Below are positions 1-8,928 of a DNA stretch of 64,000 nucleotides, piece after piece. The stretch covers positions 11,876 to 75,875 of the forward strand of contig CAYOXB010000002.1 in the NCBI GenBank assembly GCA_964407835.1, given 5' to 3'. Every line of letters begins with the position of its first letter. The first letter of the stretch is position 1. The notes under the pieces were generated by a model. It searched no databases, had not been told where the DNA came from, and worked only from the letters and a program-made list of their open reading frames with translations. A program made the position numbers and the translations under genes. This DNA comes from an uncultured Bacteroidales bacterium (GTDB lineage: Bacteria > Bacillota_I > Bacilli_A > ML615J-28 > CAG-698).

Positions 1-983
1 CTAAAAATCGGTACATCAGCATTTTTATTATGAATACTAACTCCTGCAATTTTTTGAAATTTTTCAATTAAATACTTCTTTAAACTATCTAAATGGTTTC
101 TAATTTTGTCATAACCAATTTCTAAAATAAAGTCTATTGCTCTACCAAGGCCAATAACTTCTGCAATCATTGGTGTTCCTGCTTCAAAACAATACGGTGT
201 ATCTTTAATTTCAATTAGTTCTTTTGATACATTTTGAACCATATCTCCACCATAAAATATTGGTTTTAGTTTTTCAAGATGGTTTTTCTTTCCGTATAAA
301 ACACCAACACCAGTTGGTCCCATCAATTTATGACCTGAAAAAACAAGAAAATCACAATCCAAGTCTTTTACATCAACATTTATATGTGGAACTGCTTGAA
401 CAGCATCAACGATAACAACTGCTCCATATTTATGAGCTTCTTCAATAATTTCTTTAAGTGGTGTGATATAACCCATAACATTTGAAAGATAAGTAATCGC
501 TACTACTTTTACTTTTTCATTCATTACTTTTTTAAAATTTTCAAAAGTAATTCTACCTTCACTATTTAAAGGAATATACTCAACTTTAAATTTCTTATCT
601 TCTTTTTGATTTAACCAAGGAAGAATTGAACTATGATGCTCAAGTTCTGTAGTAAGAACTATAGAGTTTTTTAAACTATAAGTATTTGTATACATTAAAG
701 CTAGTTTATTTAAACTATCAGTTGCGGAAGATGTAAAAATAATTTCATCGCTACTAGCATTTAAAAAGCTTGCAACTTTATTTCTTACATTTTCATACTC
801 TTGGGAAGCTTTATAACTTAAATCATAAATACCTCTATGAATATTAACACCATATTCAGAATAGTATTCGTTCATTTTATCTAAAACAACTTGTGGTTTT
901 AGACTAGTTGCACTTGTGTCTAGATAAACTAAATCTGGATTGTTTTTGTAAATTGGAAATTTGCTTTTCATATTTGTGAGCAT
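1..983 (-). CDS. sufS: Cysteine desulfurase SufS (partial; C-terminus lies beyond the window start)
   Basis: My own minus-strand translation from the ATG at 983 gives MLTNMKSKFPIYKNNPDLVYLDTSATSLKPQ...FSGHKLMGPTGVGVLYG, a class V aminotransferase/SufS signature. AAGGAGG sits 6 nt upstream. The ORF runs off the window edge, so it is absent from the ORF track. Confidence 0.85.
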   Translation of the reverse strand, partial: MLTNMKSKFPIYKNNPDLVYLDTSATSLKPQVVLDKMNEYYSEYGVNIHRGIYDLSYKASQEYENVRNKVASFLNASSDEIIFTSSATDSLNKLALMYTNTYSLKNSIVLTTELEHHSSILPWLNQKEDKKFKVEYIPLNSEGRITFENFKKVMNEKVKVVAITYLSNVMGYITPLKEIIEEAHKYGAVVIVDAVQAVPHINVDVKDLDCDFLVFSGHKLMGPTGVGVLYGKKNHLEKLKPIFYGGDMVQNVSKELIEIKDTPYCFEAGTPMIAEVIGLGRAIDFILEIGYDKIRNHLDSLKKYLIEKFQKIAGVSIHNKNADVPIF

Positions 984-993
984 TTTTTCCTCC

Positions 994-1884
994 TTATAGT
1001 TGGGAATTTACCCATTCAATTATATAATCTTGGAATTTACCTTCTTTAACTTCTTCTAATACAGGATTAATAAAACCACTAATAATTAACTTTTCAGCTT
1101 CTTCTTTAGAAAGCCCTCTTGTCATTAGATAGAAGATTTCATCTTGATCAATAGCACCAATTGATGCACCGTGATTTGCAACTACATCAAAATTATCTAT
1201 TTCAAGTAGTGGATTAGCACTTAAGTCGGATTCAGTATCAAGTAATAATCCCTTTGCTCTTTGTTGGATTTGAGAATTGCTGCAACCTTCTTTAATAATC
1301 CCTCTTGAATTAATAGTTAAGTCAGATTTATTCTTACAAATACCATAGTTAAGTAAATTAGATGTAGTGTCTTTAAAGTTATGATTGATGTTAATATTGA
1401 ACACTTGCTTTTTTGTAGAAGTATTTAATAATACATTTTTAATATCTACGCTAGAATTTCTTTCTTCCAAATAATAATTCTCAGATACTTTACTATTACT
1501 ATTTAAAGTATATAAACTACTATATTTTAAATTTGAATTTTCCTTTAAATAAATATTAGTATTATTTTCAATATTTTCTGTAGCAATAGTTTTTCTTATC
1601 GAAAAATAAGATGCATATGCATTGTCTTCTAAATATATTGCAATATCTATTTTAGGAGAATTTGCTACTTCATAAAATATTTCATTTATACTCGGTTTAG
1701 CATCTTTATTAATTCTATATTCAATTTGAGTATCCTTATCAATTAAGTGAATAACTTTTAATTGTTCATTATTCTTTAAGTTAAAATCTAGATTAGCTCT
1801 GCTTGCTTCTACAATCTTACCGTTTCTAACAATTAAAAAATCTTCACCATCTTGTAAGAGCTCTTCTTTGATTAAAGCAATCAT
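994..1884 (-). CDS. sufD: Fe-S cluster assembly protein SufD (short form)
   Basis: 296 aa; the C-terminal half matches the SufD/SufB beta-helix (…ANHGASIGAIDQDEIFYLMTRGLSKEEAEKLI…). Lies between sufC and sufS; 4-nt start/stop overlap with sufC. Confidence 0.75.
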   Translation of the reverse strand: MIALIKEELLQDGEDFLIVRNGKIVEASRANLDFNLKNNEQLKVIHLIDKDTQIEYRINKDAKPSINEIFYEVANSPKIDIAIYLEDNAYASYFSIRKTIATENIENNTNIYLKENSNLKYSSLYTLNSNSKVSENYYLEERNSSVDIKNVLLNTSTKKQVFNININHNFKDTTSNLLNYGICKNKSDLTINSRGIIKEGCSNSQIQQRAKGLLLDTESDLSANPLLEIDNFDVVANHGASIGAIDQDEIFYLMTRGLSKEEAEKLIISGFINPVLEEVKEGKFQDYIIEWVNSQL

Positions 1885-2705
1885 TTTTTAGCCCCTTGAG
1901 GGTTTACAGCACAAGTACCTAAAACAATATGTTTACGTTCTTCTACCATTGCATCTAGATCTTCATCTAAATGAAGCCAGTCATAGCCTTCTTCATCAAT
2001 TTTCTTAATTAATTCTTTTCCACCAGTATATACAATTCTCCCACCAATCATAATATGAACATAATCAACTTCGATATATTCTAATAATCTTTGGTAGTGA
2101 GTAATTACGATAGCTCCAAAGTTCTCGCCGCGCATATTGTTTACATTTTCCCCAACAACTCTTAAAGCATCTACATCGAGGCCTGAATCTATTTCATCTA
2201 GGATAGCAAAACTAGGTTGAAGCATCTTAAGTTGAAGAATTTCATTTCGTTTTCTTTCTCCACCTGAAAACCCTTCATTTACATAGCGATGAGCCATATT
2301 TGGATCCATCTTTAAATCTGTAATAGCTTTATCTAAACTACGAATATATTTAAATAATGCAACATGTTCGCCTTCAGCCATTCTTGATTGTAGTGCTGTT
2401 TTAATAAAATCAGAATTAGTAATACCACTTATTTCAGTTGGATATTGCATAGCTAAGAATAAACCTTTTCTTGCTCTTTCATCAACTTCCATTTCTAAAA
2501 CATCTTCATCATCTAAAAATATTTCTCCTTCTGTAACATCATAGCGATAATTTCCCATGATAGCTCCAGCTAGAGTTGATTTACCGGTTCCATTAGGTCC
2601 CATAATAGCATGAACTTCGCCAGTATTAACTACTAAATCCACACCTTTTAATATTTCTTTTTCATCTACACCTACGTGAAGATTCGTTATTTTTAAAGTC
2701 CTCAT
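1881..2705 (-). CDS. sufC: Fe-S cluster assembly ATPase SufC
   Basis: Walker A GPNGTGKST, ABC signature LSGGE-like (FSGGERKRNEILQ), Walker B ILDEIDSGLD; typical SufC length. Confidence 0.9.
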   Translation of the reverse strand: MRTLKITNLHVGVDEKEILKGVDLVVNTGEVHAIMGPNGTGKSTLAGAIMGNYRYDVTEGEIFLDDEDVLEMEVDERARKGLFLAMQYPTEISGITNSDFIKTALQSRMAEGEHVALFKYIRSLDKAITDLKMDPNMAHRYVNEGFSGGERKRNEILQLKMLQPSFAILDEIDSGLDVDALRVVGENVNNMRGENFGAIVITHYQRLLEYIEVDYVHIMIGGRIVYTGGKELIKKIDEEGYDWLHLDEDLDAMVEERKHIVLGTCAVNPQGAKK

Positions 2706-3913
2706 CTATAAACTCCTTTGTATCTAAATCCTATGCTTGTAACAAGCTCATTAAATATGAAACTCTCCTCAAGACCCTCTGTTATATATACATCATAAAA
2801 ACTTCCGTTTTTAACAACCCAAACGGCCTCTATATTTCCTTTTTGTTTTATTAATTCCATTCCTTTTTTAAGTCCCAAAGAAAACAAAGCAGTTGAGTAA
2901 CCATCTCCTTTGATTGATTCATCGGTTATAACAGAAATAGAAACCACATTATTATCGAAAGGATATCCGGTTCTTGGGTCTAAGATATGATGGTATTCCT
3001 TACCTTTTTTAGACATTATATATTTTTCATATGAACCAGACGTAACTAAAGTTTTATCACTTGATCCAAAAGATGCAAAAGTAGATTTTTTACCTTTAGT
3101 TTCATCACTGCTGAAGTCATAATATGGTGTAGCAATTCCTACTTTAAAAGGAACAGCCTTAGTAATATCTTCTGAATCATGAAATGATCCAACTAATAAA
3201 ATATTTCTACCTACGTCAATAATCGCTTTTTCAATTCCATAATCAAGGACATTAGTCTTTAGTTTATCAGCCGCATATCCTTTTACAATACTACCTAGAT
3301 CAATACCCATTCCTTCAAGAGGTAAAAACACTGTTTTATATTCTTCGTTAATAATGATTTTCTTATAGTCAACTAATTGTAAAACCTCATCTATTTCTTC
3401 TTGGGTTGGAATATCATAAAAAACAGGAAACCCAAGATCATTTTTTGCAGGTTTATTTGGAAAATCCCATAATTGCCAAACTGGTGAAATAGTAACATCG
3501 TATAAAGCAACACCGTTAACTATTGTTTCTTCACCTATTTCAATTGCTAACTTAATAACATCTATTACTTCTTGGTCAACCTCTACTGGACTAATACCAG
3601 CATTTTGATTTATCCTCATTAAATCAGTAACAACGCCATCTTTCCTATCTTGAACATTAAATTTCCTATCTAAATCTTTTAAGGTTTTGTTCATAGTAGT
3701 AACAAGGTCTGCAAATTTAGTTTCATCAGTTTCGTTAAGTGCCCAAATTTGTACACTATTAGGACTTGTGAAAGCACTATATAAGGTAAACTCATGATGT
3801 TCATACTTATCTTTTTCGTCGTCCCCGTTGTTTTCAATTACACAACCGGCTAAAACAATACCAACTAAAAATAATATAATTAGACTAAAGATATTTTTTA
3901 TATTTCTACTCAT
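2702..3913 (-). CDS. apbE: FAD:protein FMN transferase (ApbE/Ftp family) lipoprotein
   Basis: Signal peptide plus lipobox LAGC; ApbE motifs GSIVKGYAADKL and HHILDPRTGYP…GYSTALFSLG. 4-nt overlap (ATGA) with sufC. Confidence 0.8.
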   Translation of the reverse strand: MSRNIKNIFSLIILFLVGIVLAGCVIENNGDDEKDKYEHHEFTLYSAFTSPNSVQIWALNETDETKFADLVTTMNKTLKDLDRKFNVQDRKDGVVTDLMRINQNAGISPVEVDQEVIDVIKLAIEIGEETIVNGVALYDVTISPVWQLWDFPNKPAKNDLGFPVFYDIPTQEEIDEVLQLVDYKKIIINEEYKTVFLPLEGMGIDLGSIVKGYAADKLKTNVLDYGIEKAIIDVGRNILLVGSFHDSEDITKAVPFKVGIATPYYDFSSDETKGKKSTFASFGSSDKTLVTSGSYEKYIMSKKGKEYHHILDPRTGYPFDNNVVSISVITDESIKGDGYSTALFSLGLKKGMELIKQKGNIEAVWVVKNGSFYDVYITEGLEESFIFNELVTSIGFRYKGVYR

Positions 3914-4018
3914 TAAAATAATCTTCCTCCATACAACTATAGTATTATACTATAAATTCTTTAAAAATGCATTATATATAATATCAATTTCCCTAATAAA
4001 AAAACTAAAGAAAATTCT

Positions 4019-4705
4019 TTAGTCTTTTTTGTCATTATCAATATCAATTTTTTTACTTTGAAGCTGGGCTTTACGCCTTCTTGCTTCTAAATAATCATAG
4101 TCTGATTTCACCTGTGTTAGCTCTTCACCCCATCTTAAGTAGTATCTTAAAACTCCTTCTGTTGTAAAGCTATTACCAAGACTTTCTTTTATCTCTTCCC
4201 TAACTTGATTCTCTTTTTCTTTAAAAAACTTTTCATATTCACTAGGACTATCTTTTATTAATTGTAATTCCAAGTAGTAAGTGCTTAAAGTTATTACCTT
4301 ATAAACTTCATCCTCAATTTTTAAGTATATATCATTAATTTCATCTTTGTATTTTAAAACACGTTCATACTCGATATCCCAAAGTTTCTTTGTTTCTTTA
4401 AACAATTTATCTGTCTTCTTCAAAAATATAAAACCAATAATTGAAAGTGCTAGATTTACAGCATATAAAAGCAAGATAAAATAATATGCTTCCACAATCC
4501 TAAGAAAAACAGTTAGCGAAATAAAGATAAACAAAAACAATGTCATTACTAAATAGTAAATCAAGTTTCCTCTTTTATTTTTAAGTTTAATAAAATCAGG
4601 ATTAAAAGATGCATTGATGAGTTCTAATTCTGTAGCAAATTTTTGTTGGAGCTCATCTACTTCTGCTCTATATTTTACTAGACTTTCATTTCCTTGTATT
4701 TTCAA
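4019..4705 (-). CDS. Hypothetical membrane protein (two central TM helices, charged coiled-coil flanks)
   Basis: 228-aa ORF with hydrophobic segments LIYYLVMTLFLFIFISLTVFL and FILLLYAVNLALSIIGFIFL; no recognisable family. Confidence 0.5.
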   Translation of the reverse strand: MKIQGNESLVKYRAEVDELQQKFATELELINASFNPDFIKLKNKRGNLIYYLVMTLFLFIFISLTVFLRIVEAYYFILLLYAVNLALSIIGFIFLKKTDKLFKETKKLWDIEYERVLKYKDEINDIYLKIEDEVYKVITLSTYYLELQLIKDSPSEYEKFFKEKENQVREEIKESLGNSFTTEGVLRYYLRWGEELTQVKSDYDYLEARRRKAQLQSKKIDIDNDKKD

Positions 4706-4728
4706 ATTTGCTTTTTCCTCTCTTCTGT

Positions 4729-5280
4729 TTATTCTTCCCCAAATACTGCCTTTTTCACAAGTTTTCTTCTTTCACTACCTAATAAGTATTCAACAATAGC
4801 AAGCCCAAAATCAATTGAATATCCCATTGATTTAGCAGTAATAAAATTATCACTAACTACAACTCCCTTATCTTTTAGATATGTCCCACCAATTATTGCT
4901 TTTTCAGTTGTTGGAAAGCAAGTGTAATTTTTATTATTATATAGACCAAGTTTACCAACTTGTGATGGTCCTGCACATATTGCTGCTATTAACTTTTCTT
5001 TATCAGCAAAGTCTAAAATTACTTCGCTAAGTTTTTTACTTTGATTTAAAACTTCAAATACAGCTCTTCCGCCAGGTATAACTAAAAAATTATAATTTTC
5101 TAGTTCAATATCATCAAAAAATATATTCGCTTTTATAACCAAACCATTTTGAGTAATTACTTCAAGTGAATTGCTCATTGAAGCATAATCAAGTTCAAGC
5201 TTAGCTCTTTTTAAAACATCAATAGTTGCAATAGCTTCAGTATCTTCAAAGCCATTACCAAGTATAACTAAACCTCTCAT
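4729..5280 (-). CDS. DJ-1/PfpI family protein
   Basis: MRGLVILGNGFEDTEA… and nucleophile elbow AICAGP typical of the DJ-1/ThiJ/PfpI fold. Confidence 0.8.
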   Translation of the reverse strand: MRGLVILGNGFEDTEAIATIDVLKRAKLELDYASMSNSLEVITQNGLVIKANIFFDDIELENYNFLVIPGGRAVFEVLNQSKKLSEVILDFADKEKLIAAICAGPSQVGKLGLYNNKNYTCFPTTEKAIIGGTYLKDKGVVVSDNFITAKSMGYSIDFGLAIVEYLLGSERRKLVKKAVFGEE

Positions 5281-5780
5281 TATTTTATCCTCCTTTGATA
5301 TTGTCCATATAGTAGTTTTACAATATGAACAAATATATCTTTTCTTTTTACAAGCCCACTACTATAAAAACCAATAGCACCTTCCTTATATTTAATTCCA
5401 CTTGTTGATAAATATTCATCCATTACATCAGCAAGTTCTCTTCCTTTTGAAAAGATTTCATCGATGATGAAGTTATCAAGTGGAATTCTAGTTCCTCCAG
5501 CATAATAGATATTATCATTTTCATCTATTAACACTCCCCAGTTAACTAAGAATAATAAACTCTCGTGTAGTTGAACACCAGCTTCAATCCCAATTCTAAG
5601 CCCGTCTATTGGTAGAGCTTTTGCCCTATTTAGAGCGCCTGTAATTGCTTGGCCATCACTTAGGGGTTGTTTACCAACATTACTATCTACTTCAACGCCT
5701 ATTACTTCATAGTCTTTTAAAACTTCTTTTGTTGCATCTAGCTTTACAATATTTGTTGAACCTAGATAACACTTAGGCAT
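5280..5780 (-). CDS. Non-canonical purine NTP phosphatase (YjjX/DUF84 inosine-xanthosine triphosphatase family)
   Basis: 166 aa; an N-terminal GSTN…K motif and a central GA.NRA… segment resemble the YjjX family. Shares its start/stop nucleotide with DJ-1. Confidence 0.55.
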   Translation of the reverse strand: MPKCYLGSTNIVKLDATKEVLKDYEVIGVEVDSNVGKQPLSDGQAITGALNRAKALPIDGLRIGIEAGVQLHESLLFLVNWGVLIDENDNIYYAGGTRIPLDNFIIDEIFSKGRELADVMDEYLSTSGIKYKEGAIGFYSSGLVKRKDIFVHIVKLLYGQYQRRIK

Positions 5781-6849
5781 TGTTAAGTTCCTCTAATCTT
5801 TTTTCATCAAAATCTTGAATTAAAGCTAGAACCATTTTCTTCACAGCTTCAACATCATCAATGTGAATCATTGCAGCAGATGAGTGAATATATCTACCTG
5901 GTAGACCGATGGTTGTAGAAAGAGTACCGCTACCTGCATACTGTGCTGCAGCTGCATCAGTTCCGCCCATTGATAGGAATTGTTGACATTTGATTTTCTT
6001 TTTACTAGCTAGTTTTTCAAAATATTCTTGAAGTTTTGGTTGCATTATATTTCTTGGATCATAAAACCTAATTAAAAATCCTTCACCAAGTTTTCCAAAA
6101 GCTCTTGGATGAGACGGGCTTAAGAAATCACCAACTGGAGAAACATCAATTGCAATGAATAAATCTGGTTCTACCATTTGACTTGCAGTGTATGCACCTC
6201 TTAGGCCAACCTCTTCTTGAACTGTTGCTCCACTATAAACAGTATTTGGATGTTCTTTGCCTTTAAGTTCTTTTAGAACTTCTAGAGCAATTCCACAACC
6301 AAAGCGGTTATCCCAAGCTTTAGATACAATCTTCTTACCATCTTCAGTAATATAATAATTATTCACAAAATTAATTTGTTGACCAATTTCAATGCCTAAT
6401 TCTAGAGCATGTTCTTTACTATCAGCACCAACATCAACTAATAAATCATCAAACGATAAACTCTTTGGTGCATCTGCGCCCCTATTAATATGAGGTGGGA
6501 TTGCCCCAACTATACCCCTAACTTCCTTATCCTTTGTTTGAACAACTATATTTTGAGAAACCATTACATCTGGATCGATTCCACCAATTGGGATCATCTT
6601 AATAAATCCTTGTGGAGTAATGCTCGTTACCATCGCACCTACTTCATCCATATGACCAGCAATCATTATAACTGGTTTTTCAGTTCCTCTAGAAACTCCA
6701 AAGATGCTTCCCAACTTATCTTGGATTATTTCATCTGTATGTTTTTGAATTTCTTCACGCATATAGTTGCGAACACTTCTTTCGTGTCCTGCAACACCAT
6801 TTAAATTAACTAAATCTTCATATATTTTCATTCTTTTTCTAACATTCAT
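5773..6849 (-). CDS. M42 family glutamyl aminopeptidase (YsdC/FrvX-like)
   Basis: MIAGHMDEVGAMVTSI, …ALEVLKEL…, GGTDAAAAQY motifs of peptidase M42. Confidence 0.85.
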   Translation of the reverse strand: MNVRKRMKIYEDLVNLNGVAGHERSVRNYMREEIQKHTDEIIQDKLGSIFGVSRGTEKPVIMIAGHMDEVGAMVTSITPQGFIKMIPIGGIDPDVMVSQNIVVQTKDKEVRGIVGAIPPHINRGADAPKSLSFDDLLVDVGADSKEHALELGIEIGQQINFVNNYYITEDGKKIVSKAWDNRFGCGIALEVLKELKGKEHPNTVYSGATVQEEVGLRGAYTASQMVEPDLFIAIDVSPVGDFLSPSHPRAFGKLGEGFLIRFYDPRNIMQPKLQEYFEKLASKKKIKCQQFLSMGGTDAAAAQYAGSGTLSTTIGLPGRYIHSSAAMIHIDDVEAVKKMVLALIQDFDEKRLEELNNA

Positions 6850-7481
6850 TTTTTCACCTTTAAATAATATATTGTATTTTTAAAACTTTTAAACTTTTCT
6901 TCGTATTCTGTTGTAATAATTTCAGGATTTTCCTCTTCATGTAAATTTAGATTTATATCAAGGCACACAAATCCTGCTTCACTCATAGTAATAATACTAT
7001 ATTCAAATAATTTCTTATTATCTGTTTTAAATTCGATTACTCCATCTTCTTTAAGAAGATACTTATATATATTTAAAAAACTCTCTGCTGTTAAGCGCCT
7101 TTTATGATGCTTTGTTTTTGGCCAAGGATCTGAGAAATTCAAAAATATAGTATCAATACTTGCCTCAGAAAATAATTCAGCTAATTCTTCTGCATCTACA
7201 TTTAAGATTTTAAGATTATTTAGATTATGTTCTTCAATATTTCTAGCTGCTTTTAAAAGAATACTTAAAGACTTCTCTAAACCTATATAATTAATATTAG
7301 GGTTTTTCAAAGCATGCTCAATTAAAAACTTACCCTTCCCCATTCCTATTTCTAAGTAAATGGGATTGTCATTTTTAAAAACTGTATTGAGTTTCCCTTT
7401 ATAATCTTTGTAATCTAAGATTACAAAATCAGAATAATCTAAAATCTTCTTATCAGCATTTTTAATTTTTCTAAGTCTCAT
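6846..7481 (-). CDS. trmB: tRNA (guanine46-N7)-methyltransferase TrmB
   Basis: YLEIGMGKGKFL SAM motif; FLNFSDPWPKTKHHKRRL is the hallmark TrmB motif. Confidence 0.9.
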   Translation of the reverse strand: MRLRKIKNADKKILDYSDFVILDYKDYKGKLNTVFKNDNPIYLEIGMGKGKFLIEHALKNPNINYIGLEKSLSILLKAARNIEEHNLNNLKILNVDAEELAELFSEASIDTIFLNFSDPWPKTKHHKRRLTAESFLNIYKYLLKEDGVIEFKTDNKKLFEYSIITMSEAGFVCLDINLNLHEEENPEIITTEYEEKFKSFKNTIYYLKVKK

Positions 7482-7482
7482 C

Positions 7483-8826
7483 TTATTTTCCTAGATTTTT
7501 TATAGCCTCAGCATAAATTGCAGTTGATTTAACTAAGTCTTCAATATAGACATGTTCATCAACTTGATGAACAACATCAACTCTCCCAGGAAAGCCCATT
7601 CCAAAAGCAACACCCTTAGTTAGAGCTCTTGCATATGTCCCTCCGCCTATTGTAAATATTTCTGTTTCTTTATCATTAGTGTATTTTACATATGCTTGAT
7701 GAAGAGTTTTAACTAACTCATCGTTTGGATCTACATAGTGAGGTACTTGATCACTTATAACTTTTGCTTCGATATTAAACTTAGCTGCTTCTTCACTAAA
7801 CTTTTTAATGAATCCTTCTTTATCCCAGTTAATAGGGTAGCGCAAATTGAGCCCAACTTTTCCGCTATGTTCATCAATATCTATAACAGCAACATTAACT
7901 GTTAAATCTTTCATAACTTTATCACTGAAGTCTAAGCTTAAATCTTTAAATCTAGTATTAGTTAGTTTAGTAGCCATAAAGCTAATTAATTTATTATTGG
8001 TATGTGGTAGTAAAAACTTAGCTAGATTAATTGCTGCATTAACACCTTTTTCAGGTTGCATAGCATGTGCACTTTGCCCATATAGTTTTAATCCATCATT
8101 AGCTTCACCCTTAAAGTTGTTATCTTTTAAATACTTTTTAAATTCAGCACTTAAATCTTCATTCATTCTCACAACTGCTTCATCTGGAACAACATTATAA
8201 GCTACACCACTTTTGAATTTTAAATTACTAAGTTCATTTGTTAGTAAGTCTATTGACATTATCCCTTTTTCACCATAAATTACAGGAAAACTTGCGTCTG
8301 GAGAAAACCCAATATTTGGCATTTGTTCACTCTTAAAGTATGCAGCCATACAGCGCCATTTAGTCTCTTCATCAGTCCCAATAATTAAACGAATTCTTTT
8401 ATTAAGTTTTACATTCAAATCTTTTAAAATCTTCATTGCATATAGCGCACTAATTGCTGGACCTTTATCATCAACTGCACCTCTGGCAAATATCTTACCA
8501 TCTTTTATTGTTGGTGAAAATGGAGGATTAGTCCATTCTCCAACAGCAGGGACAACGTCAACATGGCATAAAACACCAATGATTTCTTCACCTTCACCAA
8601 ATTCAATATGTCCTGCAACATTATCTATATTTTTAATTTTAAAGCCAAACTTTTTACCTAAATCTAAAATATAATCTAAGCTATGTCTTATTCCAAGTCC
8701 AAATGGAGCTTCTTTGTTTTCTAAATCTTCAGCAATTACACTATCTATTGCAAGTAGCCCTTGTAAGTCTTTCACTAAGTCTTGTTCATTTAATTTTGCT
8801 TGTTTTAATAATTCCATATCTATCAC
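7483..8826 (-). CDS. pepV: M20 family dipeptidase PepV-like
   Basis: HVDVVPAVGEWTNPPF…ARGAVDDKGP metal-binding motifs of M20/PepV dipeptidases; 447 aa. Confidence 0.8.
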   Translation of the reverse strand: MIDMELLKQAKLNEQDLVKDLQGLLAIDSVIAEDLENKEAPFGLGIRHSLDYILDLGKKFGFKIKNIDNVAGHIEFGEGEEIIGVLCHVDVVPAVGEWTNPPFSPTIKDGKIFARGAVDDKGPAISALYAMKILKDLNVKLNKRIRLIIGTDEETKWRCMAAYFKSEQMPNIGFSPDASFPVIYGEKGIMSIDLLTNELSNLKFKSGVAYNVVPDEAVVRMNEDLSAEFKKYLKDNNFKGEANDGLKLYGQSAHAMQPEKGVNAAINLAKFLLPHTNNKLISFMATKLTNTRFKDLSLDFSDKVMKDLTVNVAVIDIDEHSGKVGLNLRYPINWDKEGFIKKFSEEAAKFNIEAKVISDQVPHYVDPNDELVKTLHQAYVKYTNDKETEIFTIGGGTYARALTKGVAFGMGFPGRVDVVHQVDEHVYIEDLVKSTAIYAEAIKNLGK

Positions 8827-8892
8827 CTTTTCATTAATCTATTTATAGTATACCATTTTTTAAATATATTTAAAGTTGAAAATATATTTTAT

Positions 8893-8920
8893 AATAAAAA
8901 GTGTCGCTTTTAGCGACACC
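8893..8920 (-). terminator. Intrinsic terminator downstream of tkt
   Basis: Minus-strand hairpin GTGTCGC-TAAAA-GCGACAC followed by TTTTTATT. Confidence 0.75.
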
Positions 8921-8928
8921 TAATAAAA

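Noticed and set aside
224-415. 63-aa plus-strand ORF near the window start
   Set aside because: It is fully antisense to the well-supported sufS coding sequence; no SD.
6490-8200. Plus-strand ORFs 6490-6804 and 7847-8200
   Set aside because: They are antisense to the M42 aminopeptidase and pepV genes, with AT-rich codon composition typical of shadow ORFs.
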